From assembly GCA_008632985.1 (NCBI GenBank), contig QPGO01000022.1, forward strand, positions 1 through 64,000: DNA of 64,000 nt, written 5' to 3'. This DNA comes from Psammoneis japonica (taxonomy: Eukaryota). This document shows, in pieces, positions 26,872-40,320 of this stretch (the stretch's first letter is position 1; every line of letters begins with the position of its first letter). A program made the position numbers and the translations under genes. The notes beneath the pieces were generated by a model that saw only the letters and a list, made by a program, of their open reading frames with translations, made no database searches and was not told the origin of the DNA.

Positions 26872-28120
26872 AGATTCTGCTGCGATCGCCTGTCACAGCT
26901 ACATTGACCGTGTGCTTCGCTCACACGGATGGTTGCACCCCGCCTCGGATGAATCTGTTTCAGATTTTATGGCTGCTCCTGTGCCTGTTGACTCCATCTC
27001 CAAATTATGTTCAGACATTGGTCCAGAGGAAGGAACCCCGGAATTTGCTGAACTGGCAGAAGCCCAAGGTTTTGGGCATCGAAATCTCCTTGGAGAACTC
27101 CTGTGTGCTCACGTCATTTGTCACCTGGACATCGGACATGCTGTCACTGCCCTTTCAAAGTTTGCATTGCACCTGGCTCCAGTTCACTGCCAGGCTCTGA
27201 AAGGTGTTGCAAAGCATCTCCGGCGCATGAAACACTGGGGCATCAACCATCGCAAGCCCTCCAAGGACACCAGTTTGCCCCCTTGTCCGTTTGAACAACT
27301 TGAAGCGGACCCATCCCTGCCTCCCTTCCCTGCTCCTGATTCATTGATGCATTTGCGGGCTTTTTTGGATGCGGCCTGTGGGAATGATTTGCGCAACTGC
27401 CGCCCCACTGCAGGACATGCTTGCGTCTTGGTGGGCGCTGCCATTGCATGCCGATGTAAGACACAGACGGTGACTGCCACACCAGCTCAACGGAGGCGGA
27501 GTTTTGTGCTGCCAGCGCCACTGCAAAGTTGGTTCTGCACCTTCGTTTGGTTCCATGTGAGCTTGGATTCCCTCAAGACTCACCAACTCCCTTGCACATT
27601 GACAATGAGTCGGCCATCAAGATCGTCAACAACCGCATCCTGACTGAGCGTGCTTGCCACATTGACATCCAGTGGTTTGCTCTCCAAGACTGGAAGGAGG
27701 CTGGCCACATTGTCACACGACATGTCCCTGGCATTGTCAACCCAAGCAATGACCTCACCAAGGCTCTTGGGTTGATGCTCCACGCCCACCATGCCCGTCG
27801 GATGATGGAACACTGCCATTGACACTCCTCCTGGCATCTGCTGAATTGCCCTTTTTTACATTGTGTTGTCTGACTCTTTTTTGAATCATCCAGTTTGCCC
27901 CATGTTCCCTTCTCTCTTTTGAGACTGTCTTCCCTTTTTTTGTGTTTCGTGATCTACATTGTCCAGATTCGAGACATGCCAGATCAGGGGAGGGTGTCAG
28001 CTTGCCCTGTGCAGAATGCATGGTCAGACTGTGTGCGGATGATGGGTCAGACTCTTTTTAGACAGTCGAGATGATCTCTCTGGGATCTTCTCTCACTCTT
28101 TCTTGCTGGTGCACGTGTCA
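26872..28120 (+). mobile_element. Ty1/Copia relic: RT C-terminus, RNase H, PPT (27986-27994) and start of 3' LTR (TG at 27995; right end uncertain)
   Basis: 'HRNLLGELLCAHVICHLDIGHAV', 'STEAEF', 'DNESAIKI', 'HIDIQWFALQDW' and 'NPSNDLTKAL'; AGGGGAGGG followed by TGTCAG. Confidence 0.88.
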
Positions 28121-28289
28121 TTCACTGTTGCCAGTTTGCAGGGAGCTCTTTAGCTTGTCACTCTTACCACATGGGCATTCTGTCAGGTTATGAGACCAAT
28201 CAGCACCAACAAGATGCTTTGCCATGCCCACCAATGCGGCCGAGTTGCTGATTTCAGGAGCCACGTGATCAATTGCATCCACCACCACA

Positions 28290-28701
28290 TCTCTGACTGT
28301 GCCACATCTCTGATTGCAGTTTCTTCGACAGACACCAATCACTCCAAAATGGGCAACAGCGGAAGTGCCTGTGTGCCCTTGAGCAGCAACAGCACAAGCT
28401 TTTTCAACTCACTTGCCAGTTCCAACAAGAGCTCATCTTCATGGGGTTGTTGTCATTTCATTGCAATCATGGCAAGACAGGGCATCAACTTTTGGAGAGC
28501 ATCATTGGCTCCCATGCTGTGCGCCACGACTGCGAAGTGCTTCACAGCATCCACCTTGGCTTTGGTCTGTCCTGTTTCGATTTGAGACTTGAACAAATCA
28601 AAAGAAGTCATGTCCTCCAACTCATCCACACCCTGAGGCATGGACTGTGCCAGAGCAATGGATGGAGTTGGAGAATCTGACACATCTGAAGATGATGACA
28701 T
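28290..28701 (-). pseudogene. 5' fragment of PP2A scaffold subunit A (HEAT repeats)
   Basis: 'AHSMGANDALQKLMPCL', 'EDELLLELASEL' and 'LLPILE*LVSVEETAIRD' resemble the PR65/A N-terminus (DEVLLALAEQL; LE.LA.VEETVVRD); in-frame stops present. Confidence 0.7.
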
Positions 28702-30043
28702 GGTTGTTGTTGCTTTGTGTTGTTGCTGTGAGAGCAAGAACGGTGTGTTGCATGTTGTCAGCGACTGTTGGCATCAGTTGCACGTGATTTCTGCATGAGC
28801 GTGACATCACATTCGTGATTGGGGCGGTCTTTTGAAGAATCAATGGACAGACGAATGCAATGACAAGCTTCAGATGCTGACAAAGTGCAACATTCCGGGT
28901 TCACAATGCCCTCATGTGAACATTTCACAATGAAATGACCACTGACGACAACCAGGTGGTGTCTGCCCTTTGCTTCCATTCTGCCGGCATCTGCCGGCAT
29001 CTATGGTGTCTTCACAACATTTCACGGCAACTGTGACAGGAAGCAGGGAAAAAAGGAGACGAGTGAAAAAAGGTGGCAATGTCCATTGAATTGGACAACA
29101 GGCAAAGCAGCCCAGTTTGTCTCCTTTCTCTACGTAGAGTGAGCATGGTTCAGTCCAGAGTTTAGTGTGCCTTTGTTGAGAACAAAAGCAAAGTTTAGTT
29201 TGACTTCTCAGAGCAGACTTTGTTGCTAGAATTTATTCTGCCTCTAGCTTCACCTGAAATTGTGATGCACCACAATCTTTTTCTTTCTTGTTTACAGCAT
29301 GTGTGGCATCTGGCTCAATCTCTTTTCTCGTCATGAAATGTGGGGACACAAAAGCAGTCCTCACATGCCGGTGTTCTCATTTCTTGTTTTCAAACAAAAC
29401 AAAACTCTTCCTTGTCCTTGTGCACAGCACAAAAACTCTGTTTGGCAGCCTCGATGGCTTTCTGAGCCTTTGTCTTGAAGGACACAATCTTGCCGTGGTG
29501 CTTGAGGTCCTTGAAAAAGACGTGGGCCAAATCCGTTTGGAGGAGACGCCATGCCATGCAGGCTTCCACGTGCGAGGCCACGTGTGAATGCATCTCTTGA
29601 ATCAAGGAACGTGGTGTGACATCTGCTTGTTCTTCTGGAGCTGATTCCCAAACCAACTCTGACAATTCCAGAGACACATCCAACAAATCTCTCAAGGTTT
29701 GTTCGGACGCGGTTTGTGCCTTGGTCATTTTGGCAAAGAGCTTGATTGCGGCCGGCTCATTGGCAGGAGACGGGACACTGAAATGAACTTCCTTTTTGGC
29801 AATGCTGCAATGGCTGCTTCCCATTGGCGTCATGAACCTCACAGCGGTTGTTGCCGTTGGATTTGTGCTCTGCCTTGTGGATCTGTCCAACATGACAATG
29901 GCCTTTTTCTTCAAACTCGAGAAAGGTCCCACTGCAAGGGAAGGCTTTGCTTCAGGTGCATCATCAGTGTTCTCATTCAAGTCGACAGTGGCCAAGCAAT
30001 GGCGAGAAAAGGACTGTGCTGACAAGAACCACAGATGAACGTT

Positions 30044-30404
30044 TGTGGGAAAGTGGCCAGAATTCTGGGATTCGTCTGCACTTTCAGCGATTAAAAGCTG
30101 CAAATGTGACACAACAATCAACCAGCAACTTTGTTGTGCCAAAAGTTGAGAGGTGACAATCAGCACATTAGAAAGATTGTGAGCAGTTTTGTGAGCAGTT
30201 TTATGAGCAGATGCAGCTGCCAACCAAAAGAAACACGAAGTTAAACAAGCGCGAAGCCAGGAACAAACATCGCATTCGTGACTCGGCTTCCGCGGGATTC
30301 GAGACTGAGCATCGCACACGGGGTTCGAATCTTGGATCTCTGATTTGAATCGTGGAGGTCCGATGTTGTTGTGTAAAACATGCAAATGTGAGTGCATTGT
30401 CACA
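30044..30404 (-). repeat. 3' LTR of the Copia element
   Basis: TG...CA termini; aligns to 40321-40666; adjacent to the PPT. Confidence 0.9.
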
Positions 30405-32388
30405 CTCCCTTCAACAATGTTGGGTGGAATGATGACTCAAAAACGTCTTGCCACTTGAGGAGCGACTCCCTGTGATTGACAAAGAGATTCTGTGGCAGAG
30501 GTTTGGCAAAAATGTCTGCAATCTGATCCGCCGCATCAATTGGTGGGATTGATTTGAGACCTTTGCAAACATGGTCTTTAAAGTGGTGGAGAGTGAGGAT
30601 GAAGTGTTTTGTCCAAGGACGCATCTTGGGCAATCACGCGATCTCCAGTGCTCTGGAATTGTCTTCAAAAGCCTTGCAGTGTGTGACTGGTGTCTCTGAA
30701 GGGACATTGTGACCGTGACTCATAAATTCTTGAATGAGGTTCACAATCGGGATGGCGCTTCGAAGACTTTCTGAAAGAGCAACAAATTCAGCTTCAGCAG
30801 TGCTGAGCATGATCTGAGTCTGCAGCTTGGACGTCCAGACAATCTGACATCCTGCGCAGGTGATGACAAACCCAGTTCAAGATTTGGAAGTTCCGACGTC
30901 ATCGGGCACTGTCAGCTTGTTCCAATTGCCCACAAAGTCTGTGTCAGCGTGAACTTCAAGGGACTTGTCCATTGAGGGCTGCAGTGTGATGCCTTCAGTT
31001 CTGGTTGACCTAGGTGCTCACAGAGCCACAGCATTGTGCCTTGCGTGCAGGTGCCCCCGCGCGAACGTCGATTTTTTTCTGCAGTCGCTCCGCTCACCGC
31101 AGCGCACAAAAAAAGCACAAAAACGATGCCATGACAAACAAACTCAGTCAAATGAGAGCCAGCGGCAGCTTGTCGTGCTCCCACGTCCCTTGGGCAATGG
31201 CTCCAAGTTGCCATGATGACATTGTGTCACAAGATTCATCAACAGTGTCTCCAGAGCAGGACCCATCAAGAGAACGGACCAAAGTTCTGACGCACACCGC
31301 AACCAAGCCGACACCACCGTCAATCCCTGCACCCGATCACATTCCTGTGCTACCTCAGAAGCCACTGCTGCCTCCAAAACAGAACAAGCTCACAAGAAGG
31401 ACTTGCTGGGCACTGTCACAAAGCCAAGGGGAAAGAAGGTTGCCCCCTGCACAAATGCAGTCGTGCTGGCGAACAAGCGCATTGAAAAGTTGGAGAAGAC
31501 TTTGGTGGAAAAGCACAACAGCCATGGACACTTGGAGGAAGCAGCGGCCACATCTGTTGATTCCATGCACAACAATGTGAAGTCCATGCACAGCAGTCTC
31601 TTGTCAAAATGGCCCAGTCAAAGGCAACGCTTCAAAACAAGTTCTACGAAAAAGAACACCGCGGTTGAGCAGTCACGACGAGACAAGAAGGAGCTGGAGA
31701 GCATGGAAAAGGATTTGAAGAGAAAAAATTGCCAAATCGAGTCATTGAAACAGCAGCTTGTAGCAGCCAAAGAATCCAACAGGAAGATCAAGAGCTCCAG
31801 CAACAATGCCTTGCAGGACGACGTGCATGAAAGGAAGAAACAAGCGAGCCTGTTGCGTGTCGAAGAATTCAGGGTAAAAGAGCAAATCAAAGTTGATTCA
31901 AAAAAGCAGGAGAAGAAGAATGCTTTAGATGCAAAGAAGGAATGCATGCAATCACTGCATGCTTCCAATGGGCAGTTCGTTGCGAGCATCACATCATTGC
32001 TTTGCTGCATTCACGCATCTTTCACATCTTTAACATCTTTTTGATTTCTTTGACTCCACTCACTGGCCTTTTCTCTTCTCCCTCAAAAAGCTTGGCTCCG
32101 GGTGTCCAATGCCACATGGTCAAAGGCAGTCTGATGATTCCCATTGCCAAGAACAAACAAGGTGTCATGGTCGATCCCGCAATTGATGCCACAGCAGCAG
32201 TGTGTGGTCACTCGAGAGGACACAGGAGCAGAGGCCGCAGCCGCTCTTGCCACAGTCCAAGCTCTGGCAACAGTGAGAGTGACCACAGTGATTTCCATCA
32301 CTGCCACAATTGTTCTTGCTCTTGCTGCCATGGCAGTCACTCTCACAGTTGCTCTTGCTCTCACCGCCGTCACAGCATTTCTCGCCAA

Positions 32389-32568
32389 GGTGAGAGCAGT
32401 GGCTCCAGCGACAGGGAGCACAGTCGTTCTTGCAGTGTCTCTCACCATGGTGAGAGCACTCGCGCCAGTGACAGGGAGCACAGTTGCTCTGACAGTGTCT
32501 CTCACCGTGGTGAGAGCACTCGCGCCAGTGATGGGGAATGCAGTTGCTCTGACAGTGTCTCTCTCCAC
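32389..32568. repeat. Three 60-bp tandem repeats within a Ser/Arg/His-rich cargo ORF of the transposon
   Basis: Units beginning GGTGAGAGCA at 32389, 32449 and 32509. Confidence 0.9.
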
Positions 32569-33488
32569 AATCAAAGTTGGTCTGGCCGAAGCATGGGTGA
32601 TCAAGAAGAGAGGCACCGTGTCACTGCTTCCAGTGGCTGCAAAGATGATCGCCACTGCAACCAAAACCAACCTCCCAGCTCCTCCTCCCATGATTGTCGC
32701 AGCTCCCATGGATGCGATGGAGGGTGTGATGGAGGACATGAGGAAGAGCCCATGCACTCTGATGAAAACAGCATGCAGGAGAAGGAGAACACCCATCCTG
32801 ACGGCAAGGAGAATTCCTTTCAAAATGGTGTGGGGCCACATTCCTTCCCCAGTCCTCCAAAGAATCGTCCTGCATTGACTGCACCATCCTTCTCATTGTC
32901 CAACAAGTCTGAAAGTTTGCAAGTCTGCAAGGATGTTGCTTCGAACAATGCTTCTGTTGGACGCGAAGGCATGGATGTTTGAAGACGATTTCTGCAGATG
33001 TTGAAACTCCTGCGTGAACCCACTTGATGCTTTTGAAACCAATCAAGACTCTCTGTGCTGGCAGGTGACTGTGCTTGCATCTTGTCACCATTGTGCTGTT
33101 CAGGTGTCTCAATCTAGACCCAACTCCGTCAGTTGTAGATCTGTCACTGAAAATTGCATTGTCCCTTGTGCTTTCTCGTGCAATGGTGCTCCGCAAAAAG
33201 TTAGTTTCATGTTCAAATGCCTGGCACCATGAACAACACATGCCCACTCTGTTCTCGCAAGACATTGTTTTAAAGGATGGGAAACCGACGATGCTCACAT
33301 CTTGCGCATTTTGTGGCTCTCGCCGGGGCAAAAGTCTAACTGCCACATTTTTTGGATCCAACATCGCAGCGGCAAAGTGGCACCGGGATCTTGTACACAT
33401 CCTCCGCATCCGAATGATTGGCTAAAAAACTTTTTGCCATTTGCGACTCTGCATCATGTGCCTGGGGCCTGGAAGTTTCAATTGCATC

Positions 33489-34687
33489 TCAGTCTGTTGT
33501 GGGGCATTCTACAGCAGAGCATTCCATTGTGGGACAAGCTTGAGATGCATGTCCACATGCTCTGCACATGCAGAAGACTTGGCCATGCGCAATTTGGGAC
33601 AACACGTCATGGGCAGCACAGGCGGTGGAATGCTCAGTGCACGAGTGGAGCCTGCGGATCGGATGGTGCTTGAGCTGTGTCACAAGTTGACGCCACACAA
33701 GTTCTGCAGGGTTCCATTCAGGGGTCCTTGTTGGAAGAAACAAAACAAAGATGCCATGCTCCATCCACAGCCATTCTTCAAGAACTGCATTTTCGCCATG
33801 CACGTGGTGGGCTGCATCATCTAGAACAAGGATGTCACTGCCTCTGAAAAAGCCCCAATGCACTGCATGCTCAATCTCCATTGCAAACTGTTCGCATCAT
33901 TCGGCTTGTTGTGGATCTGGCAATGCACTGGGCAGGTCCTTGTGTCGATGCCGCAAAAGCCAATGACGGGGCATGTGTTGCGAAAATCAGAGGATGTGAA
34001 GGATGGTGGGACTTCCCTCGTTAGTGCATTTTGCCTTGTCCTTTGGCAATGCACTTCTGAACCTTTCAGCAGCTTCTCATCTCCGCATTTGACCCTCCAC
34101 AGATCATTCTTGGCGACAACCATTGTGAACTCACGCGCTCGTAGGATGTTGTCGAGTTTGAATTTATCACAGGGAATGAGATTTGGCTTGCAAAGTTTCC
34201 CGCTGATTGGAAATGCATGATTCCAGAATCTGCTGATGGCAGCATTCAAAACCACTGCTCCTGTGAGGTTGTGCAGATTCTCCCAACAGTTGGACAGCGA
34301 GCAACTTGGCTTGTCCAGATGCAGAATCAGAAGGACAAAAGCATCTGGACTGTCAATTGTGTTGATGCCTGGACCATGCATTTGTTTCTGGTGAATCTTT
34401 TGCGGGTGAAGCACTTGGCCGCAACAGTCAAGTTCTCGTTCCACTTTGACTGCAAATTTGTGGTCAACCCTGCAAACCTGAGCGACTTCTGTTAGATTCA
34501 TCCTGCCACTCTCTGACGTGTCTTGTGGCAATTGACAGACCCTCTGAACTTCAATCTTCTTCTCAACACCATGTGCCCTCCCACGTTGATGCATTCCACC
34601 ATTGTCATTGACAGCAAGTCCGCACTGGGCTGCAGTGGTGCAATCGATGTTGTTGGCTATTTTGTTTTTCACGACACAATGTCTCAT
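33489..34687 (-). pseudogene. DDE_3 (Tc1/IS630-like) transposase, frameshifted
   Basis: N-terminal HTH-like region, 'GDEK', 'VLDDAAHH' and 'FLPTRTPEWNPAELVW' (compare LPxYSPxLNPIE). Confidence 0.85.
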
Positions 34688-37600
34688 TTACTTACAGCCT
34701 GCTCAAGCCACGCAATGTCCCATGCAATGCTGAATCACCAGAACAGATGGGTGCAACTGCAAGGGAGGAAGATGGAGATGTGACAAAGAATGAATTGCGC
34801 AGAAAAGTGCAGCATTTTGGTGACATCCAAGCACAACAAATCCTGGCAGATTTCTCAAGTGTCTCTTCAACTCTTTGCAAGACCGTCAAGTGACACAATC
34901 TCAGGGACTGGCACAGCGTTTCTGACTGGTCAAACTGTCATGACAATCGTCCAATTACTTGCAATCAACAACAAGATGCCATCCGGAGTTGTTTTTTGGG
35001 TTTTTCAAGCAAGCGCGTGTCGGAGGGAGTCAAAAAAATTCTTGTGCATCGCTCAGGGGCACCTGCACACAAGGCACAATGCGGCTTCACCGTGAGAAAC
35101 CTTGGGATTGGATGAAAAGTGTGCGACTTGGTGCACACGTGAGCAATGTCCGGTCAAGTGCTTTTCTCCAGAAAATTGAGCTTGCCGATGATGGATTGGT
35201 GACAAAAGCTCCCTTGACAAGCAGGCTCACTCACATGCCTGTGGAGGATCTTGGAGGAAGGAGCAGGAGCAGACTTGTCTGGAGCTCTCTTGGGAACATT
35301 GGCCATCTCCAGAATCTGATTGATGAGGTGAGGTTGGGCAAGTTTCATTCTGCCATCTGGTGGCATCTTGACGTTGACACCAAGGCAATCGTCCAGAGTG
35401 CCTTGATCATCAATGTCAAAATTCTCATTTCTGATGTCCTGCATCACCTTGTCAACAGCAGACTTGTCAGGGGATGCAAAGACACCGTCATCAACACAAT
35501 GAATGAAAATGACATTGTTGCAAAAATGGAGGCACTCATCAACCGCCAATTGCACAAAACCAATTCTTGACAATCCATCATGCAAGTGTTCTTGCCATGC
35601 TCTCCCTGCTTGCTTCTGTCCACATGAGTTCTTGAGCAATTTCAGAACGTGTGTCTCACCATTGCCATGTTTTGTTTCAATTCCTGCAGGCAACTCCATG
35701 CACATGTCACATTCAACATCGGCATGCGGGTGCGCCAGAATGAAGTCAACTTGGTGTGCGTGCCACTTCTTGAGAATGGCCATGATCAGCAGGAGCTGGA
35801 CAGTGAACCAGAAGACCACAGCAGAGTGGGTCTGGAAGCAGTTGACTGCATGCTCTTGCTTTCCGCCGTGCACATTGAGTCGGGACTTCCACTCATGTGC
35901 TGCTTGAGTTTTGATGTCTCTTTTGCACTTCATGGACCACACTGAAGGGAGAACATCAACATCGTCAGGTGCATCCTCTCTTGGAATAAGTGTCCAATGT
36001 TTTCTCTCAATGTCATCATTGACTTCCTTAACACAGGCCTTGACAAACTCGTCTACATCAGGTTCACGCATGGCCTGGTCAAAGTGCAAGGCATCGGGGT
36101 CCTAACTTGCCAGAAAAGAGACAGGTGAGTCCACATCATCTTGCAGTTTGCAATCATCCTCGTGCACTGCGTCACAATGTGCCTCTGCTTCTGCATTGCA
36201 GGAGACAATGCCTTGAGCCCATTGCAATTGACTCTCGCGCATCCTTTTGGTCAGGCATTGTTGTCGGCCGGACCTGCTGGTGCTGGGGTGACCCGTGGCA
36301 CGCTGTGGTTCAGATGGTGCATCAGAATCATCTGGAGGCGTGTGTGGCATCTCATCATCCGGTTGGGCATCATCAAATGAGTCATCAGTGGTTGATGTGT
36401 CGCTGGGATGCAGCAGCTGAGGAGGAATGTCGAGATTTGGCTCAGGTGGTTCCGATGCAGCAGGGATTGATTCCTCAACTGGTGCGTTGCTTGATCTCCC
36501 AAAGATGTTGAAAGCAATCCTTGTCTTGAGTTGTCTGAAACCTGCAACACCTTGCCATTGTGAGAATGTAGGAGGATTCCCAGCAGAAGGATTGACGGTC
36601 TCAAAGAAGTCGTCAAATTGAATGTGGAATTGCGGTGATGCGAGTCCGGTCTGCAAGTTGAGGACCAAGGCAACTGAACCTGCGTGTCTGGTTGATGGTC
36701 CCAAATTTATTCCTGACCTTGCTCTTGGGTCCCACTTGGGTGCTCTACCTCCTCCCTGCAACCGGTTGTGCAAGGCGTAGACGGGACAGCCAAAGGTGTG
36801 ATGCTGCTTGAGGTTGGGCTGGACCTTGATGGATGAGAACCGTTCCAGCAGAGAGGAACCATCCTCATGATTCGGCAAGTGATTCCTGATCTTGTTTGAG
36901 TTCCTGAGAGCACTTGGCCACAAGTTCAGCTCAATGGCTGTTGGCCACCTCACTTTTGCATGCAGGAGTTGCTTCCAAGCTTGCTCTTGGAGGTCCCTTG
37001 TTCGTTTCTCCGCAATGCCATTTTGGAAGTGGGCGTTGACTCCACAACATGATGTTGTTTGCTGTTGCTTCTCGACATCTCGCATGAAAGCATTGTCAGC
37101 AAATCTCCCATTGCAAGCATGGCAGTGTCGAATGTGGACGTGCATCCTGAGAGCAAAAGCCTCGAAAGAGTGCTTGGCTTCGAGCGTCTTGGCTGAGGTG
37201 AGTCCTCTTTGCAGACACATGTGTCCCAATCCGCTGAAGTGATCAACAAATGTTGTTGCTGCTTGACACCTTTGTTTTGCAGGTCTCCCTTTGAGCTGTG
37301 GAATCAGTCCAGGAGTGGGACTTTTGAGCTGGTCGACAGATGCGGCCTCTCCAGGCAAAGTTGCCAAGTGGATTTGTCTGTTCCTCTTGGACTTTGAGCG
37401 CCATGGTCATTTTGTCATGGCACCGCACAGGCAACCGGCACATTTTGGGTTGTGTGCCTTTGTAAGGCGTCTCGGCAGGACACCCAGGGCGGCCAATGGC
37501 TTCATCATTTTGAATGACATGTGGCCCAGGTGGTGATGTCAATGCAACAATTCACCCTGGTCATCTGTGGCAGCAAGGGCGTCATCATTTGGCATGATGT

Positions 37601-40320
37601 TGATGGGTTCCAACAAGTCCTGCTGTGCCTCCGGTGTCGTGAAATCCCTCAGGTTTTCCTTGTCTGAGTCTGAACAACTTGTTTTGTCTGTTGGCTCAAA
37701 TGAGACAGGAACATCTGCATCAGTGGGGTTGCGTGTGTCTTGCATCTCAGAAGGATGTGTCTCAGATGGACTTCTGAAGACGTCTTTGTCAATTGCAGCC
37801 TTGTCATCATTTGCAATGCTCTCGTCGTCTGGTGGTGTGATGTGAGCTTGGCAGGCCATGTGTTCGACAGTTTCAACATCGGTTTGTTCTTCGACAGTGG
37901 CTGCAAAGGTCCGGCATTTGTTGGAACCGGGTGCGGAGTGCATCTTGGCAACATTGGAGTTGGCAGACCATGGAATCAGGTGATGATGCTTGCGCTGATC
38001 CCACATGAGCAATGGTCCGTCATCCCCAGTCCAGGATGCGGTTCCGTGAGGCTCTGGCATGTGGTCATCAGCTTGCTGGCTCCATTGCTGTGGGCAGAGA
38101 AGACAGTGAGGCAAGTCCGGCACGAGCAGCGCGTCTCAAATTTTGATGTCATGTGCTCGTCCCATGTCGTCCTCAATTGCCCACTGCACTGTCCCTTCTC
38201 CCTTGACACGCAAGTGACCCTTGACACCAAGGACCACCTTGTTTGTCTTTATGATGGGACCAACAAAGTGTGCCTCGTTGTTGGACATGGTGCAGGAAGA
38301 GTGTGAGTCAACACCAATCACGAATGAGTCCGAATCACAAGTGGGCTTGGTTCACTCGGGACGGCATGGAGTGGTTGAGTTGCATGCTCTGACCATGTGA
38401 CAATGGGCAATGATGCATTGAGCCTTCTTGGTGGCCACTCTGGAGTGGTGACCTGGCCTTGTCAATGTGTGACATCGTGCGCAGCACCCAGTTGTTGGCC
38501 GTCGCTGGCAAGTCTCAACTTGTCTTGTGCCTGGTTCAGCCAGGATGTGTGAGATGACCCACTCACCCAGTGTCATTGTGGCATGTGACAGGTGCTTGCA
38601 CTTTTCTAAAGGAAGGGACAGCATCATGAACAGCAGCATGATCCAAATTGGTGCCGCACATTTCATGATGCCAGCAACCGCTGTCAGGAACACTGACACA
38701 GTGACGGCCATCTGCAAGACAGCAGCAGTGTCAGAATGAACCTGCAGATCAGTCACTCTTGATCCACTTTGTTTGGGATGGTGGAGACAGCACTTGCAAA
38801 GGAGACTTTCTTGTCTGACGCATCGTTGGCAGGAGCTGACTGTTGCTTGCGGAGTCTGCAGCCTTGGTTGCCCGGATCATCAGGTGAGTGAATGACCCAA
38901 GCAGTGTGATGTGGGCATCAGCGACAGTTGTGGTTGTTGACGTGTTTGTGGTGGCACTGATGTCCATTGACCGTCTTCTTAGGAGCGTCCTCCTTGGGCA
39001 GGACTTTCTTCCAGGCTTTGTCTGCCTTCTGTTTCTGATGTGGAGTGGTCTTGGTCTTCCTTGACCGTGTGCTTCTCCACTCAGTTGAACCAGCCTTGGC
39101 CTTCAGAGCCTTGGACAGCTGAAGATTCTGATCCTTGATGGAGTCTACCTTGGCTTTGAGTGCGACAATTTGCTCTTTAGCCGGCAACAGTGCTCCCCAT
39201 TTCTTCTCGCACTTGAGGTTAGTGTGCTTGTGCAGTGCCAGTGTCATGATCTGGGTTGGCAAAAAATCCTCACCGTCATCGCACCTGTCCTTGTGCAACA
39301 TGATGCACTTGACGAAGACCTTGTCAGCAGCAGTGGTGCATCCTTTGAAAAGATTCATGATGAGGTCGTTGCACTGCTCTCCTCTGGCTAGGAGTCCATC
39401 AACGTTGAGCTTGGCACACTTGTTGAACTCCTCGATGTCCAAGCCAACAGCTGCTGTGCACGTGTCCAGGCTTGACAGGTTCTTGCGGAAGCAGTTGGTG
39501 GCAGAGCGTGTGTCAACAATGGCCTTCTGTGTAAGTGGCTTGAAGAAGAGTGTGCCGATTTGATTTCCATCAATCGTGCAGGAATCAATCTCAGCCAGCA
39601 TCTTGTCTCTTGCTTCTTCTGCAAGGGATTGAGATGTTGCCTCGACCCATCTGCACATTGTTCTGTGCTTGTCGCGCAGGCAGATTTGCAAAGGTGTTCA
39701 CGTGAGTTCTCACATCTTGAAGGGTGAGCAGTCTACACTCGGAGATGAGATCTCTGGGAGCGCCATTTGCGTCAGGAATGGCAAACATGTTCCCTGCCCC
39801 TGTCCTCCATCCTGCCTTGGCAGCTTGTTGACTGAGCATCTCACAAAACCGTTTGAGGCCTTCTGAGTTGCCGTTAAACTCGTGAGGCAATGGACAGGCA
39901 GCAGTGTTCCAAAGTTTGACGCCTTGTGATGTCCCGCAGTCAATGAAATTGTTGGGACGGTGTTGACCTGGGGTTGACACGAGGATCAAGAGTGCCAGTG
40001 ATGGACCAGCTGATGGAACACCGCCTGGACCTCCTGGTGTGGTGGAGGAGATCCTCCTCCTCCACCTCCTCCTGCAGGCACACCACCAGGGATGACCTTG
40101 GGGAGCACAGGAGCAGCTGGAGCGGCTGCAGGAGCAGCAGGTGCTGCAGCAGGTGCTGCTGCTGGAGCAGCAGCAGCAGCAGGTGCTGCAGCAGGAGCTG
40201 CAACAGAGGCAGCCAGAGCAGCCGCAGTTTGTGTCTGCATGACCACAGTGGCAGCAAAGTAAAGTGGAATCGAGAGCTTAAGATCGATTGACTTAACTTG
40301 TAGATTGCACAGAGGAAGTG

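Larger units (their letters stand above)
31034..35079 (-). mobile_element. Tc1/IS630-superfamily DNA transposon (about 4.05 kb) with 24-bp TIRs, nested in the Copia pol gene
   Basis: TIRs at 31034-31057 (TTGTGCCTTGCGTGCAGGTGCCCC) and 35056-35079 differ by one mismatch. Removing the element and keeping 2 bp restores the Copia frame 'SHGEAxLWLC'. Confidence 0.9.

Noticed and set aside
29300..30040. Gene interrupted by the Copia (continuing at 40670-40850 with a signal-peptide-like start)
   Set aside because: Plausible mutated host-gene copy, but no family could be recognised, so it is not called.
32144..32878. Hydrophobic Ala/Val/Thr-rich membrane protein ORF
   Set aside because: Alternative reading frame of the Ser/Arg-rich repeat region.
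35154..36089. Alternative genetic code or RNA-editing-dependent RT
   Set aside because: Neighbouring genes use Tyr normally, and the same changes affect LTRs, a TSD and non-coding DNA.
40110..40230. GCA/GCT repeat as a separate feature
   Set aside because: It is the Ala/Pro-rich low-complexity N-terminus of the Copia gag.
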